Both the position numbers and the translations under genes were made by a program. Shown here piece by piece: positions 19,111-29,041 of a stretch of DNA of 52,770 nucleotides (position 1 is the stretch's first letter; the number at the start of each line of letters is the position of its first letter). The stretch comes from Nanobdellota archaeon (lineage in GTDB: Archaea; Nanobdellota; Nanobdellia; Woesearchaeales; GW2011-AR4): assembly GCA_038046385.1 (NCBI GenBank), contig JBBSWH010000007.1:1-52770 (forward strand), in the 5' to 3' direction. The notes beneath the pieces are model-generated. The model was not told the origin of the DNA and did not search any database. It was given only the letters and a program-made list of their open reading frames with translations.

Positions 19111-20472
19111 TTACCATTCAATATTAAGCGCAGCGCGTTGAACAACCTCATTCAATGCAGGATGAATATGCACTGTATTTGTCAAAGCATCAACAGTCAG
19201 GTTGTTTTTCATCGCAACAAGAACTTCATGAATCAATGTTGATGCGTCTGTCCCGATTATATGGCACCCGAGGATCTTTCTTGTCTTTTTGTCGGCAAAT
19301 ATCTTGACAAATCCTTCATTGTCCTGTATTGCAATCCCCATCCCTGTGCTTCTGTAAAAATGTTTTCCGGCTGCATATTTAATTTTTGAGCTTTTAAGTG
19401 CTTGTTCTGTCATTCCGACGCCTGCAATCTGCGGAGAAGAAAATATTGCATGAGGCATTGCGTCATAATTCATTTTCATTTTCTTGCCAAGGATTGCGTT
19501 GCTATAAACAGTCTGCGCTTCAAGATTTGCAGTGTGCTTGAACAGGTATCTCCCTATGATATCCCCCAAAGCCCATGTGTTTTTGGCTGTTGTCTCAAGA
19601 TATTGATTTGTTTTTATGTAGCCTTTCTCGTCAATTTCAACGTTTGTTTTTTTTAAATCGAGAATATCTGTGTTTGAAACTCTTCCTGCTGCAACAAGCA
19701 GCGCATCTGAAATGATTTTTTTGCTTGATTTCTTTCCCTGCGCTGTCACAATGAACTTTCCGTTTTTCTTCTCTACCTTTACAGCATTGTGCTCAAGCAA
19801 AACATTGTATTTTTCCCCAAACGATTTTGTATACTGTGCTGCAATCTCTGTGTCTTCTGCCGGCACCATTAAAGGCGCTCTTTGTATGATGTTGATTTTT
19901 GTTCCCAATGATCCGTAAAAGTGAGCCAGCTCAGCTGCAATATACCCTCCGCCAAGGATTGTCATGACTTTTGGCTGCTTCTTCAATCTTAAAGCCTCGT
20001 CGCTTGTCATAAATCCAGAGCCTTTCAGCCCTTCAATGTTTGGGACCATTGGCCTTGTGCCTGCTGCAATAACCACTTTATTGCCCTTAATTGTGTTTTT
20101 TCCTGCCTGAATTGTCCTTTCCCCGATAAATTTGGCTTCTGCCCTGAACAAAGTGGTGTTTTTGTCTTCAATTATGCCGTGCTCTATGTTTTTTGAATCC
20201 TTGTCAACAATATTGGAAGCTCTTGAGATTATCTTTGCAAAATCAACAGAAAGCAATCTTGAATGAACGCCATATTGCGATGATTTTTTGACTTGTTCTG
20301 CAATTTCTGCGCTGTGGATTATTATTTTTGACGGAATGCATCCCCTGTTCAAACAAGTACCCCCCATCGGGCCTTTTTCGACAACAGCAACTTTCATGCC
20401 TTTGTCTGCAGCTGCAGAAGAAACCTTCAATCCGGAGCCCGCTCCTATTACAATTAAGTCAAAAGTCTGCAT
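19111..20472 (-). CDS. Dihydrolipoyl dehydrogenase-family disulfide oxidoreductase
   Basis: GAGSG, GGTCLNRGCIPSK, HIHPALNE. Confidence 0.9.
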   Translation of the reverse strand: MQTFDLIVIGAGSGLKVSSAAADKGMKVAVVEKGPMGGTCLNRGCIPSKIIIHSAEIAEQVKKSSQYGVHSRLLSVDFAKIISRASNIVDKDSKNIEHGIIEDKNTTLFRAEAKFIGERTIQAGKNTIKGNKVVIAAGTRPMVPNIEGLKGSGFMTSDEALRLKKQPKVMTILGGGYIAAELAHFYGSLGTKINIIQRAPLMVPAEDTEIAAQYTKSFGEKYNVLLEHNAVKVEKKNGKFIVTAQGKKSSKKIISDALLVAAGRVSNTDILDLKKTNVEIDEKGYIKTNQYLETTAKNTWALGDIIGRYLFKHTANLEAQTVYSNAILGKKMKMNYDAMPHAIFSSPQIAGVGMTEQALKSSKIKYAAGKHFYRSTGMGIAIQDNEGFVKIFADKKTRKILGCHIIGTDASTLIHEVLVAMKNNLTVDALTNTVHIHPALNEVVQRAALNIEW

Positions 20473-20609
20473 TTTGAATTTAATGAATTAGTTGTTTTTA
20501 AATATTTGTTTTTTAACTGTTCCAATAATAGAAGAAGATATTTGCCCTCTTAAAGGGATTAAGAAAGTTTATAAAGCTGGTTGCAGAGGAATTGGATGCG
20601 ATGATTTGA

Positions 20610-21578
20610 ATGCAGGTTTACAGGCAGAAAAAAGAGGTGTTTTATGGATTTTTGGAATCTCTCAAGAAATACTGCCAGCTTATAGCCCCAGTCAAAAAAG
20701 ACATTGTCAGGTTTGAGCCGATAGAAAGCGTAAAGGACATTTATCTTGGCAAAAACTCTTATTTCTCTGTAAAAGAATATTTTTTCAGGCAAAACGAGAC
20801 AATATTCAAATTTGATGGCAATAAAATAATAGTGCCTCAGTCAAAATCCGAGAAAAGGGCATTTTTCGGACTAAGAAGATGTGACTTAAACGGCATAATG
20901 CACCAGGACAGCGTTTTCATGAAGCAGGTTAACGATCCTTATTACTCTGCCGCAAGGCAAGATTCTTATTTGTTGGGATACCATTGCAACGAAGCGCCGT
21001 CTCCATTCTGCTTCTGCGGCTCGCTTGACCTTGTAGAATTCTTCGATTTGATGTTTTACGACAAAAAGAGCTATTTTCTTGTTGAAGTCGGCTCTGAAAA
21101 AGGAAAATTTTTGGTTGAAAAATTCAAGAATTTCTTTGAAACAACTAATATTGGAATATCAAAAGAAGAAAAGATAATACCCGGCGCAGACCGCCTTGAA
21201 AAAAAAGATATATCGAAGCTTTACGACAATCCTGACTGGAAAAAAGGCGTTGACATGTGCCTTTCATGCGGAGCATGCACTTCAGTATGCCCCACGTGCT
21301 ACTGTTTCGAGATGCACGATGAAGTCACTGCAAAAAATCCTGAAGAAGGCGAAAGGAAAAGAGAATGGAGCTCGTGCCAAGTCCAGGGATTCACAAAAGT
21401 TGCCGGTGACCATGTATTCAGAAAAGAACGTGAAGAACGTTTCAAGCACCGCATATATCATCAGCTTGAGTACTTCAAGGAAAAAAACGGAGTTAATCTT
21501 TGTGTGGGATGCGGCAGGTGCATTGAAGGCTGCCCGACAAGGATAGATTTTGTTGATATAATAAACGAGATGAAATGA
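20610..21578 (+). CDS. hydB: Group 3b [NiFe] hydrogenase (sulfhydrogenase) beta subunit, 4Fe-4S
   Basis: CLSCGACTSVCPTCYC and CVGCGRCIEGCP. Confidence 0.9.
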   Translation: MQVYRQKKEVFYGFLESLKKYCQLIAPVKKDIVRFEPIESVKDIYLGKNSYFSVKEYFFRQNETIFKFDGNKIIVPQSKSEKRAFFGLRRCDLNGIMHQDSVFMKQVNDPYYSAARQDSYLLGYHCNEAPSPFCFCGSLDLVEFFDLMFYDKKSYFLVEVGSEKGKFLVEKFKNFFETTNIGISKEEKIIPGADRLEKKDISKLYDNPDWKKGVDMCLSCGACTSVCPTCYCFEMHDEVTAKNPEEGERKREWSSCQVQGFTKVAGDHVFRKEREERFKHRIYHQLEYFKEKNGVNLCVGCGRCIEGCPTRIDFVDIINEMK

Positions 21579-22405
21579 AAAAAAACAAAGCAGCACAGAA
21601 AAAAGAGCAGAACCCTTATGTGCCGTCGCTGTACAAAGTCACTGATTTTCACAGGGAAACTTCCGATATTTTTACGCTTACGGTCGCAATGAAAAACAAT
21701 CATGAGCCCGGCCAGTTTGTCCAGGTCTCAATGCCCGGCTTCGGAGAAGCTCCGATTTCAATATGCTCTGATTCAAGAGATTTTATCAGGCTCAATATAA
21801 GGGAAGTTGGAAATGTGACAAGCGCATTGTCAAAATTAAGAAAAAACGACAGCGTACTGATAAGAGGTCCATACGGAAAAGGATACCCGATGCGCACATT
21901 GAAAGGCAACAACCTTATAATAATCGGAGGTGGATGCGGTGTTGCCCCCTTGAAAGGAGTTATAGATTATGTGGAAAACCACAGAAACGACTACAAGGAT
22001 GTTCATTTATTTCTAGGATACAGGTCTCCTGATGACATAATATTCAAAAGAGAGTTGGAGGAATGGAAAAAGAAATACAAAATGGAGATTACAGTTGACA
22101 AGAATGCGCATGGAAAATTCTGCTATGATGCGAAAGAGGGATTCATCACAGACGCAATAAAAAATTCAACTCTTACAAATGAAAATAAGGTTATCTTCAT
22201 CTGCGGGCCTCCGATAATGATGAAGTACACTATTGACGCGCTGAAGCAGAAAGGATTTCATGATGACCAGATTTTCATCAGCGCCGAGAGATTAATGTAC
22301 TGCGCAATAGGAGTATGCTGCCACTGCATGATACGCGGCAAGTTCACTTGCATAGACGGCCCTGTATTCAGGTATGATGAAGTAAAAGATTTAAAGAATG
22401 ATTAA
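21575..22405 (+). CDS. hydG: Sulfhydrogenase gamma subunit (FAD/NAD(P)-binding, 2Fe-2S)
   Basis: PGQF, GEAPISI, RGPYG, GGGCG, CGPP, CAIGVCCHC. Confidence 0.9.
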   Translation: MKKNKAAQKKEQNPYVPSLYKVTDFHRETSDIFTLTVAMKNNHEPGQFVQVSMPGFGEAPISICSDSRDFIRLNIREVGNVTSALSKLRKNDSVLIRGPYGKGYPMRTLKGNNLIIIGGGCGVAPLKGVIDYVENHRNDYKDVHLFLGYRSPDDIIFKRELEEWKKKYKMEITVDKNAHGKFCYDAKEGFITDAIKNSTLTNENKVIFICGPPIMMKYTIDALKQKGFHDDQIFISAERLMYCAIGVCCHCMIRGKFTCIDGPVFRYDEVKDLKND

Positions 22406-22407
22406 AA

Positions 22408-23205
22408 ATGACTGACAAAAAACTTAAGATGGGTTTTTACGGCATAACGGGATGCGCCGGCTGCCTATTGTCGGTCATATTCAACGAAGATGAAATTCTT
22501 GATTTGGTGCAGCTTGTTGATTTAAAGGCATTTCCTTTCATAAAAGAAGTCAATGCCGACGAAGAATTTGATTATGTGTTTGTAGAGGGGCTTGTTGCAG
22601 ACAAAGGCGACCTTGAAATTTTGCAGAAGCTTAGAAAAAACTCAAAATTCCTTGTGTCTCTTGGAGCATGCGCCTGCACAGGGTGCGTTCCGGCATACAG
22701 GCAGTACACATTAAAGGAAAATTACGAGCACTTGCTTTACAGGAAGCAGAATAATGTTGAGGATTTGCAGCCAACTCCTGTTGACGTGCACGTGAAAGCA
22801 GATTATTACATTCCAGGGTGCCCTCCTGACAAAAAAGAGATTGTAACTTTCATCAAGAATGTAGTTATGGGAAAACAGCCAAGGCCGTTTGAAAATCCAG
22901 TCTGTATCGAGTGCAGAAAAAACGGAAACCAGTGTTTGCTTGACCTTGGAAAGCCGTGCCTCGGCCCGATAACTGCAGGCGGTTGTAATGCAGTCTGCAT
23001 CAACGGGGGATTTGAATGCTGGGGATGCCGCGGCCCGACTAAAGATATGAACCTGAATTTAATGATAAAAATACTTAAAGAAAAAGGATTTGACGACAAG
23101 TTTATACAGGACAGGATGAGGACTTTCGTCGGATTAAAATTGCCAATGCTTGAAAAGGTGTTTAACGTAAATGTCAAAATCAATAACCCTAAACCACATA
23201 ACTAA
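22408..23205 (+). CDS. hydD: Sulfhydrogenase delta (small) subunit
   Basis: CAGC, GACA, PGCPP, CLGP, CWGCRG. Confidence 0.9.
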   Translation: MTDKKLKMGFYGITGCAGCLLSVIFNEDEILDLVQLVDLKAFPFIKEVNADEEFDYVFVEGLVADKGDLEILQKLRKNSKFLVSLGACACTGCVPAYRQYTLKENYEHLLYRKQNNVEDLQPTPVDVHVKADYYIPGCPPDKKEIVTFIKNVVMGKQPRPFENPVCIECRKNGNQCLLDLGKPCLGPITAGGCNAVCINGGFECWGCRGPTKDMNLNLMIKILKEKGFDDKFIQDRMRTFVGLKLPMLEKVFNVNVKINNPKPHN

Positions 23206-24445
23206 AATCGAAGGCCACGCCAGCCTGAAGCTCGGAATAAGCCGGGGAAAGGTTGGTGTATGCGAGCTTTCTTCTGTAGAGGGATCAAGATACTTTGAAG
23301 GCATTGTAAGGGGAAGAAAATTCTTTGAAGCCCATGAGATAACATCGAGAATCTGCGGCATATGCAGCTGCGCGCACGTGATTGCAGCAATTTCCGCAGT
23401 AGAAGACGCGGCAGGATACACTCCAACAGAGCAGACAATGCAGCTGCGAAAATTGCTAACACTCGGAGAGAGGATAAGAAGCCACGCCACCCACCTTTAT
23501 TTTCTTGCATTGCCGGATTATCTTGGATATGAATCAGCGCTTGCAATGGCCTCAAAATATAGAAAACAGCTGCAGAATGCTCTCAACTTAATGAAAGCAG
23601 GCAACGGCATGCTGAAAGTGATTGGGGGAAGGGACTTGCATCCAGTATCTGCAACAGTGGGCGGCTGGTTAAAACATCCAAAAAAGGAAGATTTGAAAAA
23701 AATGAAAGCAATTCTTGAAGCGGCAAAAGAAGATGCAGAAAAAACATGCAATTTATTTTTCTCGCTTAGCTATCCTAAGTTTGAAAGCGATACTGAATGC
23801 TTTTCGCTTGTTGACGAAAAAGAATATGCTATGCTGTCTGGCAGGTTTTCCTCTTCAAAAACCTCTTTTGAAAAGCATAAATACAGGAATTTTGTAAAAG
23901 AGTATCATGAGCCGAGGTCTACGGCAAATTTTGTAGTAAAAAGCGACCACAGGTACATGGTCGGCGCTTTGTCCAGAATGGACAACAACAGCAATCAGTT
24001 AAGCAATAACGCTAAAAAAATGCTGAAAAAATCAGGAATGAAGCTTCCGTCAAAAAACCCCTACCTAAACAATGTTGCGCAGGCAATTGAACTTATGCAC
24101 TGCATAGACGAATCATTGAGAATACTTGAAATTCTAAATATCCAAAATGAGCCTGTTGAAAAAATAAAGCTCAAGGCAGGAACCGGGGTCGGAGTGATTG
24201 AAGTTCCAAGGGGGACATTGTGGCATGAGTATACACTGGATGATAAAGGCACAATCACAAATGCAAATATAATAACTCCTACAGCTCAAAATCTCCTGAA
24301 TATACAGGAAGACATAAGGATGTTCGTGCCAACAGTAATAAAACAAAAAAAAGAAAAAATTGTGCTAGGCATAGAGAAGCTAATACGCAGTTATGATCCA
24401 TGCTTTTCGTGCTCTGCGCATTTTCTTGAGGTGGATTGGAAATGA
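23171..24445 (+). CDS. hydA: [NiFe] hydrogenase large (alpha) subunit, group 3b
   Basis: L1 RICGICSCAH, EVPRG, L2 DPCFSCSAH followed by a short cleavable tail. Confidence 0.95.
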   Translation: MSKSITLNHITKIEGHASLKLGISRGKVGVCELSSVEGSRYFEGIVRGRKFFEAHEITSRICGICSCAHVIAAISAVEDAAGYTPTEQTMQLRKLLTLGERIRSHATHLYFLALPDYLGYESALAMASKYRKQLQNALNLMKAGNGMLKVIGGRDLHPVSATVGGWLKHPKKEDLKKMKAILEAAKEDAEKTCNLFFSLSYPKFESDTECFSLVDEKEYAMLSGRFSSSKTSFEKHKYRNFVKEYHEPRSTANFVVKSDHRYMVGALSRMDNNSNQLSNNAKKMLKKSGMKLPSKNPYLNNVAQAIELMHCIDESLRILEILNIQNEPVEKIKLKAGTGVGVIEVPRGTLWHEYTLDDKGTITNANIITPTAQNLLNIQEDIRMFVPTVIKQKKEKIVLGIEKLIRSYDPCFSCSAHFLEVDWK

Positions 24446-24726
24446 AAAACAACGCAAATTTGCCGCTCGGGCTCGGCTATAAGTTAAAAAATCAGACATT
24501 GCGCCCTCACAAGCATAGTCAAATTTGCGAGGTTAAAAATTTTCGGGGTAAACTTAACAATGTTAGGCCAAAAATTTTCAACAAAAAAGGCCATTTTGAT
24601 CTTGCAACATTGCTGATTGCAATAATTGGGGGAGCTGCTGCATACGCAATAGCGCAAAAGCACCTGCTGAAAAGGTATTTTAATGACGAATCAAAAAATG
24701 AAAACACTGTACGTCTTCGGAAATGA
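24442..24726 (+). CDS. Possible small membrane protein with class III signal-like motif
   Basis: ATG overlaps the hydA stop (ATGA); NKKGHFDLATLLIAIIGG hydrophobic stretch. Confidence 0.4.
   Translation: MKNNANLPLGLGYKLKNQTLRPHKHSQICEVKNFRGKLNNVRPKIFNKKGHFDLATLLIAIIGGAAAYAIAQKHLLKRYFNDESKNENTVRLRK
24453..24529. repeat. Palindromic element
   Basis: CGCAAATTTG 24453-24462 pairs with CAAATTTGCG 24520-24529. Confidence 0.6.
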
Positions 24727-25057
24727 ATTTCTGGAAGACGACAAGCTAGCAGGGATAGTTTCAAAAGATCTAAAAGGCAAGTTCCATATTGAGCACTGCA
24801 GAAGCCCTGATGATTTGCTGGATGCAGAAGGGGATATTTTGATTCTTGATGTTGTCAAAGGAATAAAAGAGCCTGTGATGATAGAAAACATTTCCAAAAT
24901 TAAGTCCCGGAATCTTATGTCACTCCATGATTTTGACCTTGGTTTTTTCTTAAAACTGATGAAAGGGATGGGAATAAATAAAAAGATTAAAATAATAGGC
25001 ATTCCGCAGAAAGGAAATGCACACGATATTGCGAAAGAGGTTGAAAAATGGATATGA
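24683..25057 (+). CDS. Hydrogenase maturation endopeptidase-like protein
   Basis: FGNEFLEDD, ILILD and SLHD match the HyaD/HycI pattern GN....DD...D...S.H; operon context. Confidence 0.75.
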   Translation: MTNQKMKTLYVFGNEFLEDDKLAGIVSKDLKGKFHIEHCRSPDDLLDAEGDILILDVVKGIKEPVMIENISKIKSRNLMSLHDFDLGFFLKLMKGMGINKKIKIIGIPQKGNAHDIAKEVEKWI

Positions 25058-25974
25058 ATAACAGCAAAAAGGGAGTTTATCTTGTCCTGCTGACAGCGCT
25101 TGTCTCGGGATTCTCTATTTTTATAAACAGCTACGGCGTTAAAGAGTTTGACTCATCAATTTTCACTTTTTTAAAAAACGCAGTTGTTGCTGTTTTTCTT
25201 GCTGCAATAATCCTTTTTGCAGGCAATTTCGCTGAAATAAAGAATCTCAGCAGGAAAAACTGGCTGCAGCTTGCTTTTATCGGGCTTCTTGGAGGCTCAA
25301 TCCCCTTCCTTTTGTTTTTCAAAGGATTGCAATTAACAACGGGAACAACATCAGGCTTCATACAAAAAACAATTTTTATCTACACTGCAGTATTTGCGTT
25401 TATCTTCCTGAAGGAAAAGCTGACAAAAAGTCTTTTCATCGGAGCTTTGCTGCTTGCTGTTGGAAATTACTTCATGCTTAAGCCAAGCTTTGCATTCTCC
25501 ATCGGGCATGTTTTTGTTTTGACAGCAACAATAATGTGGGCTGCAGAGTACACCTATTCAAAAAAAGCCTTAAGTGATATGTCAGGAACAGCTGTTGCAT
25601 TCGGAAGGATGTTCTTCGGCTCTATTTTTATTTTGATTTTCCTTGCAGGAACAGGCAAGCTGGAAAAGCTTTCATTACTGACATCGTCCCATTTTATGTG
25701 GATAGGAATTTCATCTTTGTTCCTTCTTTTGTATGTAATGTCATTCTACAATGGATTGAAAGAGATAAAAGTCACGACAGCAGCATGCATACTTTCGCTT
25801 GGAATGCCGATAACAACATTATTGGGAGTTATCTTTGCAGGTAAAGCTGTTACAATACAACAGTCTATGGGAATGCTGCTGATTGTTGCAGGCGTTTCGC
25901 TGATTGCGTGGTTTTCCAAAATAGCTTCTTTCGTTGGAAGCATTTTCAAAGTGAAGGACTATGGACGGGATTGA
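25048..25974 (+). CDS. EamA/DMT family transporter
   Basis: Ten TM segments in two repeats; FLKEKL motif. Confidence 0.85.
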   Translation: MDMNNSKKGVYLVLLTALVSGFSIFINSYGVKEFDSSIFTFLKNAVVAVFLAAIILFAGNFAEIKNLSRKNWLQLAFIGLLGGSIPFLLFFKGLQLTTGTTSGFIQKTIFIYTAVFAFIFLKEKLTKSLFIGALLLAVGNYFMLKPSFAFSIGHVFVLTATIMWAAEYTYSKKALSDMSGTAVAFGRMFFGSIFILIFLAGTGKLEKLSLLTSSHFMWIGISSLFLLLYVMSFYNGLKEIKVTTAACILSLGMPITTLLGVIFAGKAVTIQQSMGMLLIVAGVSLIAWFSKIASFVGSIFKVKDYGRD

Positions 25975-26677
25975 GCTTGCTGCAAGGTTTTCTTACATAA
26001 CCAACTCATTGAGATATTGCGGCCCTGAAGAAGCTGCAAAGCAGTTCCTGGACTACATAAACAAAAATGCAAGCGCTGAATCCGTAAGAGAATCAATAAA
26101 AAAATTTGAAGGCCTTTACCCTTATCTTTCGGTCATTGCGCAAAAGGCAAAAATGGATTTTCTTGACTATGATGTTGTCGAGGCTTATTGGCTCGGAAAT
26201 CCTATTCTTGAAAAATTTGAAGATGATGATATGAAAGAAATAATAGAAAAACTCATGTCACGCGGATTGCCAAAGTCAATCGGAAAAGATCTTATCAAAA
26301 AAATGCCGCACGGTTTTGTGCCGCACCATAATTTCAATGTTTTCTATGTTGGAGTTGGAAGAACAACTGGGGCTGTTGAAACCAACCTGCAAAACATGGA
26401 CAACTGCCGGGTTTCATGGGGGAAAGTTGTCGACATCTTGGGGAGTAACCTGATTGTCCAGTCAAGGCCGCTGAAAAAAGAGAATGGAATGCTCACCATA
26501 GGAGATGAAGAGACAAAAACTGCAGTTTACATCAAAGACATGCTTCCATCGCTCAAGAAAAATGATTATGTTGCGCTGCACTGGGGATTTGCTTGCCTTG
26601 TCCTAGATGACAAACAGCTTGAGAATCTGATAGAATACACCGGCAGGATACTTAAAACAGTTAATTCATGCAACTGA
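25961..26677 (+). CDS. DUF6390-like hydrogenase-associated protein
   Basis: YCGP, VVEAYWLGN, PHHNF, CRVSWG and LHWG motifs recalled for DUF6390; no HMM was run. Confidence 0.65.
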   Translation: MDGIELAARFSYITNSLRYCGPEEAAKQFLDYINKNASAESVRESIKKFEGLYPYLSVIAQKAKMDFLDYDVVEAYWLGNPILEKFEDDDMKEIIEKLMSRGLPKSIGKDLIKKMPHGFVPHHNFNVFYVGVGRTTGAVETNLQNMDNCRVSWGKVVDILGSNLIVQSRPLKKENGMLTIGDEETKTAVYIKDMLPSLKKNDYVALHWGFACLVLDDKQLENLIEYTGRILKTVNSCN

Positions 26678-26875
26678 CTGCTTGTAAAGCCTTAATGCAT
26701 CAAGCGCTTCTTTTTTTTCGATTTTTTGCACAACAACTTTTCCCTGAACTATGACATAATCTCCTATCTTATATGTTTTTTCAAGAAGCACTGCTCTTCT
26801 TTTCTCTATGTCGTAATCAACAACAGCTTCATTTCCTTTTATTTCAATTATTTTTCCAGGAACTGCGAGGCACAT
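26666..26875 (-). CDS. hypC: Hydrogenase chaperone HypC
   Basis: MCLAVPGKII...GDYVIV. Confidence 0.9.
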   Translation of the reverse strand: MCLAVPGKIIEIKGNEAVVDYDIEKRRAVLLEKTYKIGDYVIVQGKVVVQKIEKKEALDALRLYKQSVA

Positions 26876-27195
26876 TAATTGACCACCACTTTTATTATTT
26901 TTATTTCCGTCCCTTCAAGCAGTTTTGGTATTTTTTTGCATTTCGGGCATTCTATGAAAAAGAAATCATGGCCTCTTTCAAGTATTTTTGGATGCCCTTC
27001 AAAGCCGCACTGGCATTTTACTTTTGCTTTTTTCTCTTTTGAAACTATTTTCCACTTGACAAGGCTTTCAAGGCATTCCAGAAGCTCGTGCGCAGGAACG
27101 TGGGCAAGCTCTCCGATTTCTAATTCTATCTGCTTTATCTTGCCGTGCTTCTCCGCTTCTTTTATTATTCCCCTTGCTATTACGGTTTCGTGCAT
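26875..27195 (-). CDS. hypA: Hydrogenase nickel metallochaperone HypA
   Basis: MHE start, IGEL, CQC...CPKC. Confidence 0.9.
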   Translation of the reverse strand: MHETVIARGIIKEAEKHGKIKQIELEIGELAHVPAHELLECLESLVKWKIVSKEKKAKVKCQCGFEGHPKILERGHDFFFIECPKCKKIPKLLEGTEIKIIKVVVN

Positions 27196-27234
27196 AATTA
27201 TTTAATTTAAAATTGAGTATATTAATGTATCTTC

Positions 27235-28020
27235 CTAATCCCCTTTTGCCAATAATCCTGTTTTCTTTGAATGCTTAAAAGAAGAATTTAGGAAATATGC
27301 CATTGCAATAAAAAGGACTATGCTGATTATAAATGCATAAATCAGTCCATTATAATTTACGGCTGTGCCATTTATCAGTGCCCTGAAAGTCTCAAAAACA
27401 TGGGCAGGAGGCAATAAAAGAGCTATTTTTGCGCTCAATGGTGGCAGCGCTGAAACTGGATAATAAATGCAAGCAAAAGGGGCTATAATAAAAGTTACAC
27501 TCCATGCAAGAACTTGCACTCTCTGGCCAAATCTAAATATAACTCCTGCGATGAAAAGCCCTATTGCCCATCCAAATAAAGTAAGCAAAAATACTAACAG
27601 CGCTATCAAAAAGGGAGACACTGTTAATATGTTAAAAGAATAAAATATCATTCCAAGAGGCCACATTATCAAAAAAGTGGTCAGGGACCTCATAAACCCG
27701 ATTAAGATTATTGATGTAAGGTGTTCGTTCAGCTTGACCGGAGAAGTAAACAGATGGTAAAGGTTTCTCGACCAAAAATCTTCAAGGATGAAAACAGCAA
27801 TATCTTGTGAAGATCGCCATGCAAAAACCCACAATATTACTCCGCCAAGCAGCATGCTCAGCACATTAACATTGGACAAGCCTTGGATATAAGTGCCTGT
27901 GAATCCCCAGACAAATAAATCAATAATCGGCCAGTATACTACATCAAAAAGTCTGTCAGCCCTGTTTATAGTGATATAATAATACTTTAACATTAATGCA
28001 TTTATCCTATGCAGTTTCAT
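27235..28020 (-). CDS. ABC-2 type permease
   Basis: Six TM segments, YYPVSALP; overlaps the ATPase stop. Confidence 0.88.
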   Translation of the reverse strand: MKLHRINALMLKYYYITINRADRLFDVVYWPIIDLFVWGFTGTYIQGLSNVNVLSMLLGGVILWVFAWRSSQDIAVFILEDFWSRNLYHLFTSPVKLNEHLTSIILIGFMRSLTTFLIMWPLGMIFYSFNILTVSPFLIALLVFLLTLFGWAIGLFIAGVIFRFGQRVQVLAWSVTFIIAPFACIYYPVSALPPLSAKIALLLPPAHVFETFRALINGTAVNYNGLIYAFIISIVLFIAMAYFLNSSFKHSKKTGLLAKGD

Positions 28021-28949
28021 TTTTGGCTATGCCTCGCCAGTTTTATGAAAATATCGTCCAAAGTTGGGCTTTTGATGTCAAGATGGGTCAGAATAAACCC
28101 TTGCCTGAATATTTTGCTCATTATCTTGTAAATTTTGTCGTTTTCCTTGGTGGTTTCAAAAATTAGTTTGCCGTTGCTCATTATAGTTTTTATCCCTTCC
28201 TTTTCCAAAAACTTCTTCAATGCAGCAGTATTTTGTTTTACTGAAATTTCAACGGTGTGTTCTTTTACCAATTTTTTGAGGTTTGTGCTTGTGTCCACTT
28301 TTGCTATTTTCCCGTTTGACATGAATGCTATTCTGTCGCAAAGCTCTTCGACTTCCTGCATGTAATGCGAAGTAAAAAGAATTGTGCAGTCATTTTGCTT
28401 TTGATAATTTTTTATTATTTTTCTTGTCTTGTCTGCAATATCCGGGTCTAATCCTACAGTGCATTCATCCAAAAACAAAACTTTAGGATTGTTGATTAAT
28501 CCCTTGCATAAAACCACCCTGGTATTTTCCCCGGAACTCAATCTTATTACTTTCCTGTTTTCAAGATCTTTAAGTTCAAATAGGTTAAGCATCTCATCTA
28601 TCTTTTTTTCATGGTTCTTGACTCCATAAATTTTCGCATAAACCCTTAAATTCTGCCTTACAGTCAAAACATCAGAAAGCCAAGAATATGCAGTTGCAAC
28701 ATTAGAATTATTTTTTACAAATTCCCAGTTTTTTTCTGGCTCATATCCTAATATTTTTATCATTCCGGAATCTTTTTCCAATAATCCTGTCAAAATGTTA
28801 ATTGTAGTTGACTTACCTGCTCCATTCGGGCCAAGAAGTCCGAATATTTCGCCTTTTTTCACATTAAATGAAATCCCATCTACTGCAGTTATTGTCTTTC
28901 CTTTTTCCTTAAAGGTTTTTACCAGATTGCTTACTTCTATGTAGTTCAT
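28017..28949 (-). CDS. ABC transporter ATP-binding protein (DrrA-like)
   Basis: GPNGAGKS, LSSGE, FLDE, TSHYMQE. Confidence 0.92.
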   Translation of the reverse strand: MNYIEVSNLVKTFKEKGKTITAVDGISFNVKKGEIFGLLGPNGAGKSTTINILTGLLEKDSGMIKILGYEPEKNWEFVKNNSNVATAYSWLSDVLTVRQNLRVYAKIYGVKNHEKKIDEMLNLFELKDLENRKVIRLSSGENTRVVLCKGLINNPKVLFLDECTVGLDPDIADKTRKIIKNYQKQNDCTILFTSHYMQEVEELCDRIAFMSNGKIAKVDTSTNLKKLVKEHTVEISVKQNTAALKKFLEKEGIKTIMSNGKLIFETTKENDKIYKIMSKIFRQGFILTHLDIKSPTLDDIFIKLARHSQK

Positions 28950-29041
28950 GATGTATTTATTGGTTAAAATAAACAATTTAAATCTTTGGTTTAATCTAAC
29001 TCATTTATCTCAAGAATGTCGGCGTCTATAATTTAAACCGC

